Assembly (NCBI RefSeq): GCF_009914755.1
Contig: NC_060925.1
Source of the DNA: the human T2T-CHM13v2.0 reference genome, Homo sapiens
Direction: 5' to 3' (one strand)
Length of the DNA: 64,000 nt
The translations under genes and the position numbers were made by a program. Positions 19,578 through 36,052 of the stretch are shown piece after piece. The notes beneath the pieces are model-generated. The model saw only the letters and a program-made list of their open reading frames with translations. It was not told the DNA's origin and did not search any database. Position 1 is the stretch's first letter; every line of letters begins with the position of its first letter.

Positions 19578-21332
19578 AGAAAGTGGTGTAAGGAGTATGA
19601 ATAATATATCAAGAAGTACAGAGCAGAATGTGATTAATTCTTCCTGGGAGAAGAGTTCCAGGGAGCCTCCAAAGGTGGCAGATCAACAGTGATAGATGGT
19701 GAGCTTGCAGTCAGCCATAAAAAGCAGAGGAGATCATGTGTAGGCAAAACAAGGAATATTTTAAACAGAAGCACAAAGACCTGAAAAACTAGGGCACGTC
19801 TGCTGAACCATAAACACGTCAGTAATGCCAGAGAATAGAAGTGCATGAGGTAGAGTGAGAGGAGGTGACATCAGAGGATTAGATTAGGGCCAGACTAAAA
19901 AGACGGGTCAAGTAAGGACTTCGCCATGAAGGTAATCCTAGGAGATGTTGAACAGGGCAGAAATATCATCCAATTTGTTTAAAAAAGAGAGCCATTACAA
20001 CAATATGAACTCTTAGTGAAGATACTGGTGTCAAGATATCAAACAGGGATCTATTCCGACAGCCCAGGTACATAGTGATAAGGGCCTGATAACAGCAGTG
20101 GATCTCGACAGAAAAAAAAAAGGCAGATTTGGGAGTTAATTCATATATTATAGAAACAGCAGGATTTTCTGAGCACCTAAATATAAGGGGAAGAAAGCTG
20201 CTTCTCCAAGGTTTGAGGATTAGATGGTGAAGAATGCTTACAGAACCCAAAATGATTGGGTCCCAGGCTATCATTGACTTCACTTCACATACCATTACTG
20301 TCCAGCCATACTGGCCTTATTTTATTCTCTCAAATATATCAACTTTTTTTTCTCTCAAGGCTTCTGCAATAGTTGTTTTCTCTGCTTTGAATAAAAAAGT
20401 GATGAATTCATTTATATTATGGAGAGTTTTAATGTCAAAGAGATCTCTAGGTACAAAAGTCTACAGAGTAATTAGGCATGAAGAGAGCAGAGTCAACCCA
20501 GAATGAACTAAGAATCAGCAAACATAACCAACAGTCCTTGCCATGAGAGTGGATGAGATAACCTAAAAACCCAATAACAAAAAATTATCCCCTGTTCATG
20601 AACTGGAAGATTTAATATTGTTAATATACCAATACAACCCAAAGTGACTTACAGATTCAATGCAATCTCTATCAAAATCCCAATGGTGTGTTCTACAAAA
20701 ACAGAAAAACTCCCCATCCTGATATTCATATGTATTCTCAAGGAAGTCTGGATAGCCAAAACAATAGCTGAAAAGAAAAAAGCTGGAGGCCTCACAATTC
20801 CAGATTTCAAAATTACAAATCTGCAAAAATGAAAAGTGCAGTACTGGTGTAAAAATAAACCAAAAGTAATTAGAAATGGGAAAAAATGGCCCAGAAATAA
20901 ACCCACAAATATATGTTCAAACGATTTTTGAAAAGGGTACCAAAACCATTCAATGGGGAAAGGACATTTTCAACAAATGGTTCTGGGAGAAATTAGATAT
21001 ACATATGCAAAAGAATGAAGTTAGACCCTCACTTAACACCAAATACAAAAATTAAGTCAAAATAGATTAAGACCAAAATGTAAGAGCTAAAAGTAAAAAA
21101 ATCTGAGAAGAAATCAGAGAGAAAACGCTCTGAAACACTGGATTTGGCAATGACTTCTTAGATACAATACCAAAGGCAGAAGCAAAAAAAAAAAAAAGTA
21201 GACAACTTGGGCATATTAACAATTTAAAATTTTTGTGCATCGAAAGATATTACACCAAGAGAGTCAAGAGGCAACCTACAGAAGAAGAGAAAATATTTGT
21301 AAACTGTACACCTGTTAAAAAGTTAATATCCT

Positions 21333-21619
21333 GGGCTGGGCACCATGGCCTGTTTGTAATCCCAGCACTTTGGGAGGCCAAGGTGGGGAAATCACTTGAG
21401 GCCAGGAGTTCGAGACCAACCTGACCATCATGGCAAAACCCTGTCTCTACTAAAAATACAAAAATGAGCCAGGAATGGCAATCCCAGATACTCAGGTGGC
21501 TGAGGCACGATAATCATTTAAACCCAGGAGGCGGAGGTTGCAGTGAGCTGAGATCGCACCACTGCACTCCAGCCTGCGTGACAGAGGGAGACACTGTCTC
21601 AAAAAAAAAAAAAAAAAAA
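21333..21619 (+). mobile_element. Alu (AluS)
   Basis: TSD aaaaagttaatatcctg. Confidence 0.95.
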
Positions 21620-21770
21620 GTTAATATCCTGAATATATAGAACTCCTAAAACTCAATCACAAAAAAGCAAACAATCAGATTCAGAAATGGGCAAAGGACA
21701 CGAATAGACATTTCTATTAAAAAGACATACACAAATGGCCAACAAGCCCATGAAAATATGCTAATCCTAA

Positions 21771-22457
<687 letters not shown>

Positions 22458-23559
22458 CTAAATAAATGAAAACGAGGTCTTAAGGGAGTTCTTTGTACAT
22501 CCACATTCATATCACTATTATTCATAACTGGTAAAACATGAAAGCCAACCAAGTATGCATCAGCAAATGAATAGATAAGCACAATATGGTACCATAGATA
22601 AAGTGAAACATTAGCCTTAAAAAGAAAGGGAATTCTGACATATCCTACAAAATGGATGGAACTTGAGGACAATATGCTAAGTGAAATAAGCCAGGCACAA
22701 ACAACTACTGTATGATAACAGTTATATGATGTAGTTAAAGAATAGCCAAAGCCACAGACAGACAGGAGAATGGCTGTTGCCAGGGTGCAAAGGGAGGGGT
22801 CAAAGGGAAGTTATTGTTTAATGGGTATAGACTTTCAGTTTTACAAGATGAAAGAAAAGAGTTATAAAGATGGATCGTGTGATCACTGCATATTATCAAT
22901 GTATACTTAAAATGTACACTTAAAAATGGGGTTAAGATTTTAAACTTTGTGCTATTTGCATTTTAACACAATTTTTTAAATTGGGAAAAAAAAGAGAAAG
23001 GTTCAGAGATAATAAAGTAAGTTGCCCAAGGTCACACATGATGGCTAATTCAAAATGTAAACCTCAAAATGCAGACACCAGTGAAATTATAAAACAAATA
23101 TCTACTTATACAAAACTCAGGATAATTGTTACCACTAGGGAGAAAGAGGCAGCTGAGATAAAGGAGGAATACAGAGTGGCTTCAAAGATATTGATAATCG
23201 ACTTAAGGTGAGTGGTGGTTGGTTGTGTTATGATTATCCTTTCAAACCAAACACGTTACAATATACTTTTATAAGCTTAAACATGTCATAATAAATTGTA
23301 AAACACAGGTGTTTCAACAAACAGTAAGCAGCAGAATTAGACAAGGTGAAGCAGAGCTACTCATGATACATAACTTCACAAGCTATATACAGTGTATGGC
23401 CTGTCGAGCTGTTGGTGACCAACCTAGTACTGAAGTAAGCACAGTTCAGGATATGACTGAAAGTCAATTAGTGATTACTAAAAAGATTATCAAGCAGCTA
23501 AGTTGTAGCTATATTATACCTAAATAGAGTTTAGACCAGCTGTATTAATAAATCATTAA

Positions 23560-23990
<431 letters not shown>

Positions 23991-24126
23991 TAAAGTTTTA
24001 ATTAGACTCCACGAACACAGGTAATGGAATTTCCAAAGCAGAGCCATCCATCCTGGGAGCAAGAACAGAGGAAAAGACCTGCTGAGTTAGATTCAGGGAC
24101 GAGAACTGGGAAGAAAGAGAAATTGA

Positions 24127-24278
<152 letters not shown>

Positions 24279-24509
24279 CCATTAGTTTGATTTTTTTAAA
24301 ACAAAGAGAACTAGTGGTTTTATAAAAATAAAGTTATAGTAGTTAGTGATAGGATCAAGGGTAAATAAGAGAAAGTGAAGGCAGAAAGGGGCTGCCATCT
24401 TGAGAAAAGAAATGGATTAAAGAATTAAAAGGTTGTAGGCTGTGAAATAGGTATAACAGGACTGGCATGGGATAGGAAAAAGGAACAAAGACTATGGTCA
24501 GAAAAATGT

Positions 24510-24833
24510 TATTTATTTATTATTTTATTTTTTATTCTTGAGACAGGGTCTCACTTTGTTGCCAGGCTGGAGCACAGTGGCACAATCATGCTGCAGTGAG
24601 CCATGAACTCCTGGGCTCAGGGGATCCTCCTACCTCAGCCTCCCAAGTAGCTGAGACTACAGGTGTAAAACACCATGCCCAACTAATTTTTAAAAATTTT
24701 TTGTGGAGACAGGGTCTTGCTTTGCTGGACCAGATGTTTGAGGCCCAGGATGGCCTCAAACTCCTCGCTTCAAGTGATCATCCTGCCTCAACCTCCCAAA
24801 GTGCTGGAATTACAGGTATGAGCCACTGGGCTG
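24510..24833 (-). mobile_element. Alu (AluJ-like)
   Basis: Diverged antisense Alu. Confidence 0.9.
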
Positions 24834-24883
24834 GTTGGAGAAATTTTAGACTTCAAGAATTCAAAGGCAGAGCAGTTCTCAGC

Positions 24884-25250
24884 TGATATGGTTTGGCTCT
24901 GTGTCTCCACCCAAATCTCATCTTGTAAGCTCCCATAATTCCCATGTGTTATGGGGGGAACCCAGTGAGAGATGACTGAATTATGGAGGCAGGTCTTTTC
25001 CTGTGCTGTTCTCTTGATAGTGAATGGGTGTCACGTGATCTGATGGTTTTAGAAATGGGAGTTGCCCTACACAAGCTCCCTTTTTGCCTGCTGCCATCCA
25101 TGTAAGATGTGACTTGCTCTCCCTTGCCTTCTGCCATGATTGTGAGGCCTCCCCAGCCATGTGGAGCCCAAGTCCAACAAACCTCTTTCTTTTGTAAATT
25201 GCCCAGTGTCAAGTATATCTTTACCAGCACCCTGAAAATGGACTAATACA
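24884..25250 (+). mobile_element. THE1 (MaLR) solo LTR
   Basis: tgatatggtttggct...cacccaaatctcatcttg...gactaataca; 5-bp TSD tcagc/tcagt. Confidence 0.92.
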
Positions 25251-25521
25251 TCAGTAGAGACCAGGTCCAGGCCAGTGCTCGTAACAAAAATATAAAAAAT
25301 ACAATACAAACCACACAAGTAAGTAATTTAAAATTTTCTAGGTCACCAGATTAGAAAAACTTAAAACTGGTGAAATTAATTTTGTGTTTTACACTTACAA
25401 AACATCTCAATTTGCAGAAACTATGTTTCAAGTGCTCAAAAGCCACAGTGGCTCTAATAGCGACCACATTGGACAGTGCAGATCTAGACTGTGTCCATAT
25501 AGATTGCTGAATATGTGTCTA

Positions 25522-25882
<361 letters not shown>

Positions 25883-28470
25883 AGGGTAGATCCAGGAGCC
25901 CACAGGCAATGGTTGGACAGCACAACAATGAATGTCACAAGTCATCTTTGTGGATGGCAGAAAGCAAAACAGAAAAGTAAATTATGAGCCAGACACTAAA
26001 ATTCTCAAACAATGAGAAAATGGGTCCAGAAAAATGAGGAATGATGGCAAAAAAAAAAAAAAAAAAGAGGGAGAGAGAGCTGTTTATGCATTTTCGGCAC
26101 AAGGGTTGCAGGCAAACAACCTACAGAAAGCGGTGAAGGGCCAGGAGGTTGCTGAGTTGCCTTCCAAGATATAAAGAATATAAGAACACTAACAATGTTG
26201 AAGTGGAAGGATTTCTAAGGAAAGTAGTGTTACATAAATTTCCACAGAGTAAAGGAGATGGAGGAAGAGTTCAAAGAAAGTGTGTAAGGAAAAAATATGA
26301 CAACAAAAAGGACTTGCCAAAAAGTCCAGTAACAGGATGTTAGCAGAGAGAGATTCTACAAGCAATCTCACCCCTATAAAATAAAAAGTATATCCAGATA
26401 ACTAATAAATAGCAGAAGCAGAATTTCTTGATTCTAGGACTAAGCTCCTAATTCTTCTGAAATTTAGAATACAAAGTCACATAAACTTTAGAATATTCTT
26501 CTCAGAGAAACAAATGACTTAAATATACAAGTGGCAGTTCATAAGGAAAATAATAACTTTGTGTGGTGGTCTTTCCCAAATAAATCAATTTACATCTAAC
26601 ATACAGTATGTACTCTACAAATACCAGGCATCCAAATAGTTGTATTAAGAATGGACCTCTAAAAGAATCTTGCTATTTGTTGCTTCAGGTGGAGAGGAAG
26701 AAAACGTATTCAATAAAATAGCTTTAAAAACAGGTTTAAAGAGAAATCAAAACACATAAATCCTATTTACCAAAATAAACCTCCATGGACTTCATCTTTT
26801 TAAATCATTTCCAACTTTTCTACTATATCCATTAACGCTGGAAATTATAGCACAGATGTTTCCCTGCAGACAAGCCGATTGCTTATAATTTTTTATCCTC
26901 ATAAAATCCAGCAAAAGGATAGGCATGAAAGGTGAAAAATAGTAATTATTAGTTATCTTTGGCAGAACTATTCATTCCTCATGACACTGCTCATCTAATA
27001 AATTAAAAAATGTACATTACAATTCAAAGTCTATCTAATCCTCAGCATGGTTCTAATGGATGACTTGGGATAAATGTGAATCAAACTTCAATGTAAACAA
27101 ATACAATTAATCTAGCCAAATATTAATAGATAGTGCATCCTCTCTTCATCTTCTTCCTCATATCTACCTTGAAGATGAAAAATTATTGTTTTATTTGATT
27201 TAGTTAGGAAAAAATGTTTCAGCCATTAAAAAAAAAAAGTCTTATACTGATTTACAATAAGACTGGGCAAAACCAGACTTTTCAGAAAGGCCAAACCATT
27301 ATTTCAGGTTATGTTCTTCAAATGTTTTCATCTTGAATTCTATTTATGAAGAGTTACTAACAAAAAGCAATACCAATGGATCAGATGTCATGTGTAATTT
27401 CTTCTGCCTACAATTCTACAGAGTTTATGAACAAAAATAGCTTTTAAAAAAAACGGAGTGAAAAAAGGGAGTGAAAATATGGTACAGAATAACGATCAAG
27501 AGGCCATAATCCACCTCACAAAATAAAAGCTGGCATACATAAACCAGAAATGAATTCTTTTCCTTATGAACTATTTTAGCACTTGAACTCTTTCCCAAAT
27601 CCATCATAATACAATGACGGACTGCTTCTCAAAGAAACTAGTAACAGATATGCCTACTAAGTCAGAATTTTTCCTTTTCATGTGCTCTAATATTTGCTTA
27701 ACAGCTAACACTGCTGAATGATTTCTGGAAAACTTTACACAGTAACCTCACTATGTTTCTAGATGACATCAAGGTAATCACCATGACTTTCTGAGTGGTT
27801 ATCCTGGGATTTCTAAACTACTCTATATATCAGTTTTACCTGATGTGTAAGTTTTTGTTGTTTTTATTTTTTAAACAACAATGCAGGAAAAATAAATCAC
27901 ACATAATAAATACGGTAAGAGTCAAACTAATGAAATCTTTTAACAATATTAGGAAATAATATTTCATGATATAAATACCTATTAGTAACATCTGGTTTTC
28001 AGTAATGATGATTAAAGTATCATAAACTGATATGAAAGAGTTAAGAAAAAGTTCCAGAAACATGATATTGAAACCTAACAGCAGAGCAGATAAAGAATTC
28101 ATTCTCTAGAATTCTGAACTTAAAAAAAAAAAAGTTAAATACGCCAAAGCTACTGCAACAAAAGACAGGCAAGGAACATTTATTTAGCATCCTATGATGC
28201 AGGCACTGTTATTTCTATTGAACAAATGGCAGGACTTCCACGTGGAATAAGGTTCAATTTATGAAAGATCTCACAATTAGTAAGTGATAGAACTGTGATT
28301 CACAGCCAGGTCTCTGTTTTGAAAACATACTTCACTTTATGTAATGCAGCCTTTATACTATAGCAAACTGAAAATTCTTTTCCACAGTTTATAGTTTGAA
28401 GGTGGTGATGAAGAGAACATCGGGAATACTGTATGATCAATCTTTCTAGTTAGATCAATAAGAATAAAAA

Positions 28471-28760
28471 GGCCACGCGTGATAGCTTATGCCTGTAATC
28501 CCAGCGCTTCAGGAGGCCAAGGAGGGAGGATAGACTAAGGTGAGTTCAAGACCAGCCTGGGCAATACAGTGAGACCCTGCCTCTATAAAAAAAAATTTTA
28601 CAAATTAGCTGGGTGTGCTGGTATGTGCCTGTAGTACTAACTACTTGGGAGGCTGAGGTGAGGGTGGCTGAGATGGGAGGATCCCTTGAGCCCAGGAGTT
28701 CAAGAACTATGATTATGACAACACACTCCAGCCTGGATGACAGAGGGAGACTGTCTGAAA
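28471..28760 (+). mobile_element. Alu (AluJ-like)
   Basis: Diverged Alu. Confidence 0.9.
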
Positions 28761-29288
28761 GTAACAAAGAAAATTTTTTTCTGGGAATTTATCACAGTTC
28801 AATTGTTGGGCTGTACTTGAGGACTCTTCAAGAAGAGCTCCAGTAGAGAGATTATTTATTTCTGAATGGGATCTCTTTTCAACACCAGGGACATTAGTAC
28901 TTGAAAATAAAAAAGGCTGTATTTTAAATGTTATCTACCACAAATATTGCTCTTACTTAATTGTAACTTTTGGAAATTTTTTAATGAATGTTTTAAGCAA
29001 CTCAAAACATTCATTTAAGTCACAGTATGTGTTTTATTCTACATTACGACCATCCAATTATTCTTACTCTGTTACTTCAAAAACAGATATTTAATGAGCA
29101 GTACTCTACACAAATTGAAGTACACTTTAATATTATTCATCACCCATTCAACAGCTGTATTTGTGATGCCATTCTATCAACCAAACTCTAAAAATATTTA
29201 TCACTATAAAACAGAATTATAGTATGAGACAATTTTGCCAAGTAAACCAATTTCACATAATACTCTGTAAACTGAAATACTATCTTAG

Positions 29289-31121
29289 TGATTGCAGTGA
29301 TGGACCATACAAAGTGGCTGCTGACATGGCACTGGCAGAGGTGGGGTGCGGCCGCAGGCCACAGGTGCTCAGGTATAGACACCAAGGCGAATGGTACATG
29401 GGGCCTGTGGCCCTGGGATGGTACCAGGTTCCCGTACTTCGGCAGTAGGCTCAGATTGGCACCACCGGAGATCGTGTCCCCAGGATCTGCCCCATGTCAG
29501 GGTGTCTGCTGAGCCTGGCACTCCTGGTGGCTGGGCCTGGGCCCAGAATCTGCTCCCAGAGGCGCCACCCTGGCAGGGTCGTAAGCCAGGCAAGGGGGAG
29601 CCCTGGGGCTGCAGGGGGACCCTGCAACGACATCACCCCTGCCCTGGATGCCAGTCCAGGCCCGGTGAGGGCCTGGAGCCCCACCCCAGGTGGCAAGGAG
29701 GCGGGACAGGGCAGCAGGAGTGGCTGTAGGAGCAGCAGTAGGACCCCTGTGCCCATGTCCCCAAGGAAGCCAACTGTGCCACCCCCACCCTGGCACAGCT
29801 GGGTAGGACCCACTCCCAGGCCTGAGGCCACTGCAGCCTCAACCTCACTTCTGGCCGTGTCCTGGGAGCCAAAGGTTCATTTGTGCAGGGCTGGCCAGGG
29901 CCACCATGCCACCTGCACCTTACCTGCCGTGGCTATGGGAAGACACAGAGAAGGAGCACAGCTAAGGCTGTGTACTCTGCAGCCGGGGACAGGCAGGAGT
30001 CCCACCCCTCCTGAGTTGGCAGGGCAGGAGCTCCCCAGGCACAGCTCCAGCCACTCAGGTCATGGCTGTGGGCCCAGGCCTCTCAATGCTCTCAGGGGCC
30101 TGGGAGAGCCCCTGTCACCACAGGCTCAGGGGTGTCTGCTCCTGCTGCCTGGCCTCTCCCCACTCCCAGCATCTGCTCTGGTCTCCAATTGGGGTTGGGG
30201 CCAAGCCCGGGCACTGTTGCAGCCCAGCCAGGTATGCATAGGCTCAGGGCAGCACTGACCCGCTGGGTCCCTTCCAGCTTGGCCCCTCCAAACTTTGGGT
30301 GCCAAAGACCACAGGAGAGTGGCCAAGATAGGGCAGGGGGGCAGTTCAGCGATAGCCTGTGGGCATCCCTTGGCACAAGTAACCTGGGGGCCATAGGCAG
30401 TGGTGGGAGGCAAATGGGCTCCTGTGCCAGAAGGGGCGAGTCCTCAGTGAGGCCCCACCTTTTGCCAGGGAGGTTCTGAAGGCTAGGGGTGGGCTACCCA
30501 TCCCATGGACCAGAGTGGGGACTTGTGGTGCCTTTTCTGGGCTGCCCACGGACCAACTGGCATGCACCACCTCCCCTGTAAGGCCCATAAAAGCCTCAGG
30601 CTCAACCAGAGCAGGGCAGAGGAAGGAGAGACATCAGGATGACCAGCTGTAGAGAGGAGCTACCCTCTCTAGGGCCTCCTCTCTGCTGAGAGCTGCAAAC
30701 ACTGGAATGACCTGCCTACAGAGAGAAGCCACCTGCTCCAGGGCCTCCTCTCTGGCTGAGAGCAACAGACATCAGGACGACCAAAGGCAGAGAGGAGCCA
30801 CCCACTGCAGGCCTCCTCTCTGCTGAGAGCTGCAGAGACAATGGGACAACCTGGCTGACGAGAGGAGCCACCCACTCTAGGGCCTCCTCTCTGCCGAGAG
30901 TCGAACACTCAACAAGATGACCTGCCTACAGAGAGGAACTGCCCACTGCAGGTCTCCTCTGAGCTGCTCTGACACTCAGTAAAGCTCCTCTTCATCTTGT
31001 ACACTCTACACTTGTCTGCATACCTCAATCTTCCTGGACGCAGGACAAGAACTCAGGCAAAGGTGCCACAGGCCACAGAGGTTTCTGGCCAGAAAAGTGA
31101 CACCCCAAAGATCCCGTAATG
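29289..31121 (+). mobile_element. MER52-family ERV1 solo LTR
   Basis: 1.8-kb GC-rich block ending ggccacagaggtttctggccagaaaagtgacacccc...gatcccgtaa. Internal agagaggagc...gggcctcctctctgctgagagc repeats, cataaaa (30586-30592), agtaaa (30978-30983). 4-bp TSD ttag at 29285-29288 and 31122-31125. Confidence 0.88.
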
Positions 31122-31262
31122 TTAGTACAAAAAAAAGAGCATGAATCATCATCTCTCATTACCTTTCTTTAAACACCTTAATATTTAAAATCAGTTACAC
31201 AGAGATGGTATTTCTTTATACCTAGCCACCATACCATGTCTCTATATAAATGCTTATTTGTG

Positions 31263-31571
<309 letters not shown>

Positions 31572-33554
31572 TTATGAGTTACATTCTAGAAATATTCATA
31601 CTAAACAATGAGATCACCTACTCAGAAAAAGTAAGAAATTCTCTATTCAGTATAGTACTGAACTGGTTTAAAAGACCTAAATCTCTGTCATGGCATCCTA
31701 AAAAAGACTTTTCCAGCTTAGCAATTAAGTCTTAATTATTTGATTCACAATGACAGAACAGCTGGAATATTAAGATTCCCAGACCCTCACAGAATAAGGT
31801 CTCTAAGGGTGGCTTAGAGTATTTGGCTCTTTTTAAGTTAAGCTTGTACTGGTAAACTTTTACTGAACTGTACAAAATTAACAGTACCAGTCAGAAAAAG
31901 GAAAAAAAAAAAAAAAAGCTATTGCGCCAAATAAAGCATCCACACTGCAAACAGCCAAAAAGTGACACTTCTGGAAAATTTCATTTACAGCTAGTTTTCA
32001 TTCAACTATTTAGGGGCTTACTATGGATCAGGCACTGCTCGTCATATGGGGGGAAGCAGTTTGGCTGCTTTTAACAGTTTGAAAACACTATAGTATAACT
32101 TTAAATCTAGGCGTATCTGATTGTATGGAAGCAAAAAACACCCACTCTTATTCTGGGTGAATCAGAAGAGTCAATTACATAGTACCTGGCAGGGTATAAT
32201 TTGGTTCTATCACCAAAATAAATTGGCATATAAAATCAATACCGTAAAAACCTTCTGAGTACAGACCACGATGCAAAGCATATTATCTGTAAAAAAGCTG
32301 TAACAGTCTGTTTTAGCTACTGAACAGAAATGTCTTCTCAATCACCAGAGCTACTTTCCCTAAATTAAGACTAGCCCAATTCACTTTGCTTGTATAAGAT
32401 CTGAAAATGGGGGCATCTTGCTCCTTTCAGTGAAAACCATCCTCAGCAAACAAAGCCTATAAAGTATCATTTGGGCAATATGTATCAAAAGGCACTGTTC
32501 CTAATCGGCTGTGGGATTAGAGGAGGGAAAAGGCACTGTTCCACAGCTTTGTCTCAATGCTGGGTGCACATTAGCATTACCTAGGCTCATCCCAAGCAAT
32601 TAAATGAGAATCTCTGGAGAAGGGGACCCAGGCATCAGGTGATTCTAAGTGGGAAGGCAGAAATGAAAACCACTGATCAAACTCTTTCTCACTTCTGAGC
32701 AGTGATACTATATGGAGCAGGGAAACACTACTGAAATCATCACCATTTTTGTACTCTTTATAATTAGTTCAACATTGAAATGCTATGGCTTTCTGCCCCT
32801 CAGAAGACAATAATAGACTCACATAATAGGATAGCTTGATCACAGGCTACTTGTGTTCTCTCAAAAGCAACTATACTATTCAAAGCTTAGCTTTTACTTA
32901 TACAGCATGACAACTCAGTTTTCTCTCCAATCCCAGGACCAGTTCCCCCAAGACTGTGGGCTAAAAGCACCAGTGTACTGATAAAGAGATGCTGTTGGTT
33001 CACTGAATTCCCAACAAAAGTATTCTACAATGTCTGCAATGCTGGCTCTCCACTTCCTACTTCAATGGCTGCTATTTAGGACCCTCTCTGGACCTACTAC
33101 TGATAGCCACCACGATTATCTCTACTAATTTCTTCCCCTCATTTCTCCCACCTTTACATAGTCTCTGGTTTCCTGTCAGTTTCTTCTTCTACATCTCAGC
33201 TAAAACATCCCTAGCCAGAGTTCTCATTCATTTGTCACACGAGACCACTAGACATAATCTTCACTCTAGGTCCTGATATACCCCTAATTCAGACCACCTC
33301 CTACTCCACTAATTTCTTTCTTTCTTCTCTCTCTCTGTTTCTCTTAGAACTAGGACTTCAAATTAGATTTTTAAGTACCTACGAAGGGAATCATTAACTA
33401 GAACATTCCCAGTTCTTGGGAGTGTCTATAAAAGTTATGTATAAGTTCTTTATTAAGGTGAATACTACATCTTAATTCCACTCTCAAGCAATGATGCTTT
33501 CTTCACCTACTTAGAAAAAGAATGTTGTGTCCATTATGAAACATATTTTTTTTT

Positions 33555-34605
33555 AAATACACAGAATCCTATAAAAATCCCAAAAACAAATTTTGGGAAA
33601 ATAGAAAAGCCCATTCTAAAATTCATATGGAATCTCAAGGGTCCCCCAATAGCCAAAACAATCTCGAAAAAGGAGGACAAACCTAAACGTCTCAAACCTG
33701 GATTTCAAAACTTACTACAAAGCTACAAGAATCAAGTCAGTATGGTACTGGCATACAGACAGACATACAGAGCAATGAAAAGAAAAGAGCCCGGAAATAA
33801 ACCTTCACATACGTGGTCAAATGATTTTTGACAAAGGTGCCAAGACTATTCAACGGGTAAAGGACAGTCTTTTCAACCAATGGTGCTAGAAAAACTGGAT
33901 AGCCACATGCCAAAAAAACGAAGCCAGGCCTTTATCTTAAACCATACATAAAAATTAAATCAAATGAATCATAGTTCCATTCTGTGAGAGAACACAGAAA
34001 AACAAAATTTTTAAAATGAATCATAGATCTAAATGTAAGAGCTAAAAGTATACAATTCCAACAAAGGAACATAGGGGGAAACTTTCAGAACATCAAATTT
34101 GGCAATGTTTTCTTAGATATGACACCAAAAGCACAGACAACAAAAGATAAATTAGACTTTATCAAAATTAAAAACTTGTGAGCGAGGCATGGTGGCACAT
34201 GCCTGTCGTCCCAGCTACTTGGGAGGATAAGCTGGGGGGATCCCTTGTATCCCAGAGACGGAAGCTACAGTGAGTTATTTCCAACACCCTGAACTCCAGA
34301 CTGGTGTACAGAATGAGACCTGTCTCAAAAAAATCCAAAAATTAAAAACTTTCTGTAAAGAACACTATCAACAAAGTGAAAAGGCACCTGACAGGATAGG
34401 ATAAAATATATATAAATCACATAACTGATAAGGAATTGATATCCAGAACATATAAAGAACTCCTACAACTCAACAACAACGAAAGAAGCAACCCAATTAA
34501 AAAATGGGCAAAGGGCTTTGAATAGACATTTCTCCAAAAATAGACAAATGGCCAATAAGCACTTTAAAAGATGTTCTAAATCAATAATCGTTAGTGACAT
34601 GCAAA
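33555..34605 (+). mobile_element. L1M ORF2 fragment
   Basis: attctaaaattcatatggaatctcaaggg, gatttcaaaacttactacaaagctac, gatttttgacaaaggtgccaagac, caactcaacaac...aaaaatgggcaaag. Confidence 0.88.
34180..34335 (+). mobile_element. Alu right-arm monomer
   Basis: Half Alu within L1; TSD aaaattaaaaactt. Confidence 0.85.
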
Positions 34606-34669
34606 CATTTTATAGATACACTCTCTCTGCTCACACCTCAGCATGTAAAGTTTCTGACACCACCACAGT

Positions 34670-35250
34670 GATATTATGAAATACATATTTGGTCTTCATC
34701 CTGATTCCTGTCACACAACTTCTAAAAACCTTAGAATCGCCAACGTCTGTCTTTTTGTATGCTAATGTTGACTGACAGCTAGAGTTGATCATCACAAGGG
34801 CATGATTAGAGGGTTGGGACTTTCAGTCGGACCCCCAACCTCAGGGGAAGGAGAGGGGCTAAAGGTCAAGTTGATCACCAGTGGCCAACAGTTTAACCAA
34901 TCATGCACATAATGAAGTCTCCAAAAAACCTAGGACACGGTTAAGTGAGCTTCTACGTAACCAAACACATGGAAGTTGCTGGAGGGTGGTGCACCAAGGA
35001 AGGGCAGAGAAGCTCTGTGCCCCTTCCCCCATACCTTACCATAGGCATCTCTTCAACTGTATCCTTTGTGATATCCTTTATAATAAACAAGTAAACATGT
35101 TTTCCTGAGATCTGTAAGCTGCTCCAGCAAATTTATCAAACCCAAAGAGGGGATCATGAGATCCCCAAATTGAAGCCAGTCAGTCAAAAGTTCCAGAGGC
35201 CGGGACATATGGCTGGTATCTGAAGGGGTGGGAAGGCAGTCTAGAGGAAT
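34670..35250 (+). mobile_element. MER21-like LTR fragment
   Basis: gtgatattatgaaatacatatttggtcttc...gattagagggttgggactttcag...aaggtcaagttgatcaccagtggccaa...aaacccaaagagggg. Confidence 0.75.
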
Positions 35251-35369
35251 GTTTTTAATCTTTCTGTGTCAAGTTTAAATGCATATTCCTAGATTTTGGT
35301 TTTTGACCAATTTGAGTTGAGATTTGACCAATGAATTGAGATAATTTAACTGTGTTGTTATTACAGTTC

Positions 35370-35786
35370 TGTTAAAGCGAACTAAATATGGTCTGAGAAG
35401 GACTCCGTACTTTTAAATCTGAGTCCCTGTGGATGAACCCTAACTCAGCTTAAAAGGCAGACAAGACTGAAAACCTAAAGAGTATGCAGCTGTAAAAACA
35501 GCTGAGTCTTGGCCAATCCCAGCAGCCATACTTCAACCAATCATAGACTGCTGAGTGTTCAAACAAGGCAAACGTCACCCTGTAACCAATTCAGGTGTTT
35601 CTGTACCTCACTTCTGATTTTTTTTTTTAACACTTTCCCTTTTCTTGGTCTATAAATTTGTTCTGATCAGAAGGTACCCCTAGAGTCTCTATGAATTTGC
35701 CGTGATTCTGGGGGATGCCTGCACCAGTCATTCACTGCTCAATTAAACTCCTTTAAATTTAATTCGACTACATTTTAATTTTAACA
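35370..35786 (+). mobile_element. MER57-family ERV1 solo LTR
   Basis: tgttaaagcgaactaaatatggtctgagaaggactccgtac...ccaat boxes, tataaa, attaaa...ttttaaca; near-TSD gttc/gtta. Confidence 0.82.
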
Positions 35787-35914
35787 GTTATGAATATGTT
35801 TCACAGTCCAGATGTCTTATCACATTTACTTTGTATTTCCCCTTTCCTGACTTTCTCTCAGGGATGTCAGCTGCTTTCTGCAGTTATTAATCTCTAGATT
35901 ACCTCCGCATCCTC

Positions 35915-36052
35915 CTTTTTATTTTTATTTTTTGTAGAGACCAAGTCTCACTATGTTGCCCAGGCTCATCTCGAACTCTTGGGCTCAAGCTATCCTTCCA
36001 CCTCAGGCTCCCAAAGTGCTAGGATTACAGGTGTGAACCACAATGCCCAGCC
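35915..36052 (-). mobile_element. Alu left monomer (FLAM-like)
   Basis: Antisense left arm. Confidence 0.88.

Noticed and set aside
29494-30258. 254-aa ORF and the many overlapping ORFs nearby
   Set aside because: Entirely inside the GC-rich MER52 LTR, where stop codons are rare in all frames; low-complexity G/P/S/A peptide with no recognisable domain.
30650-30965. Regularly spaced repeats resembling a CRISPR array
   Set aside because: Degenerate internal LTR repeats with related spacers in primate DNA; no cas genes.
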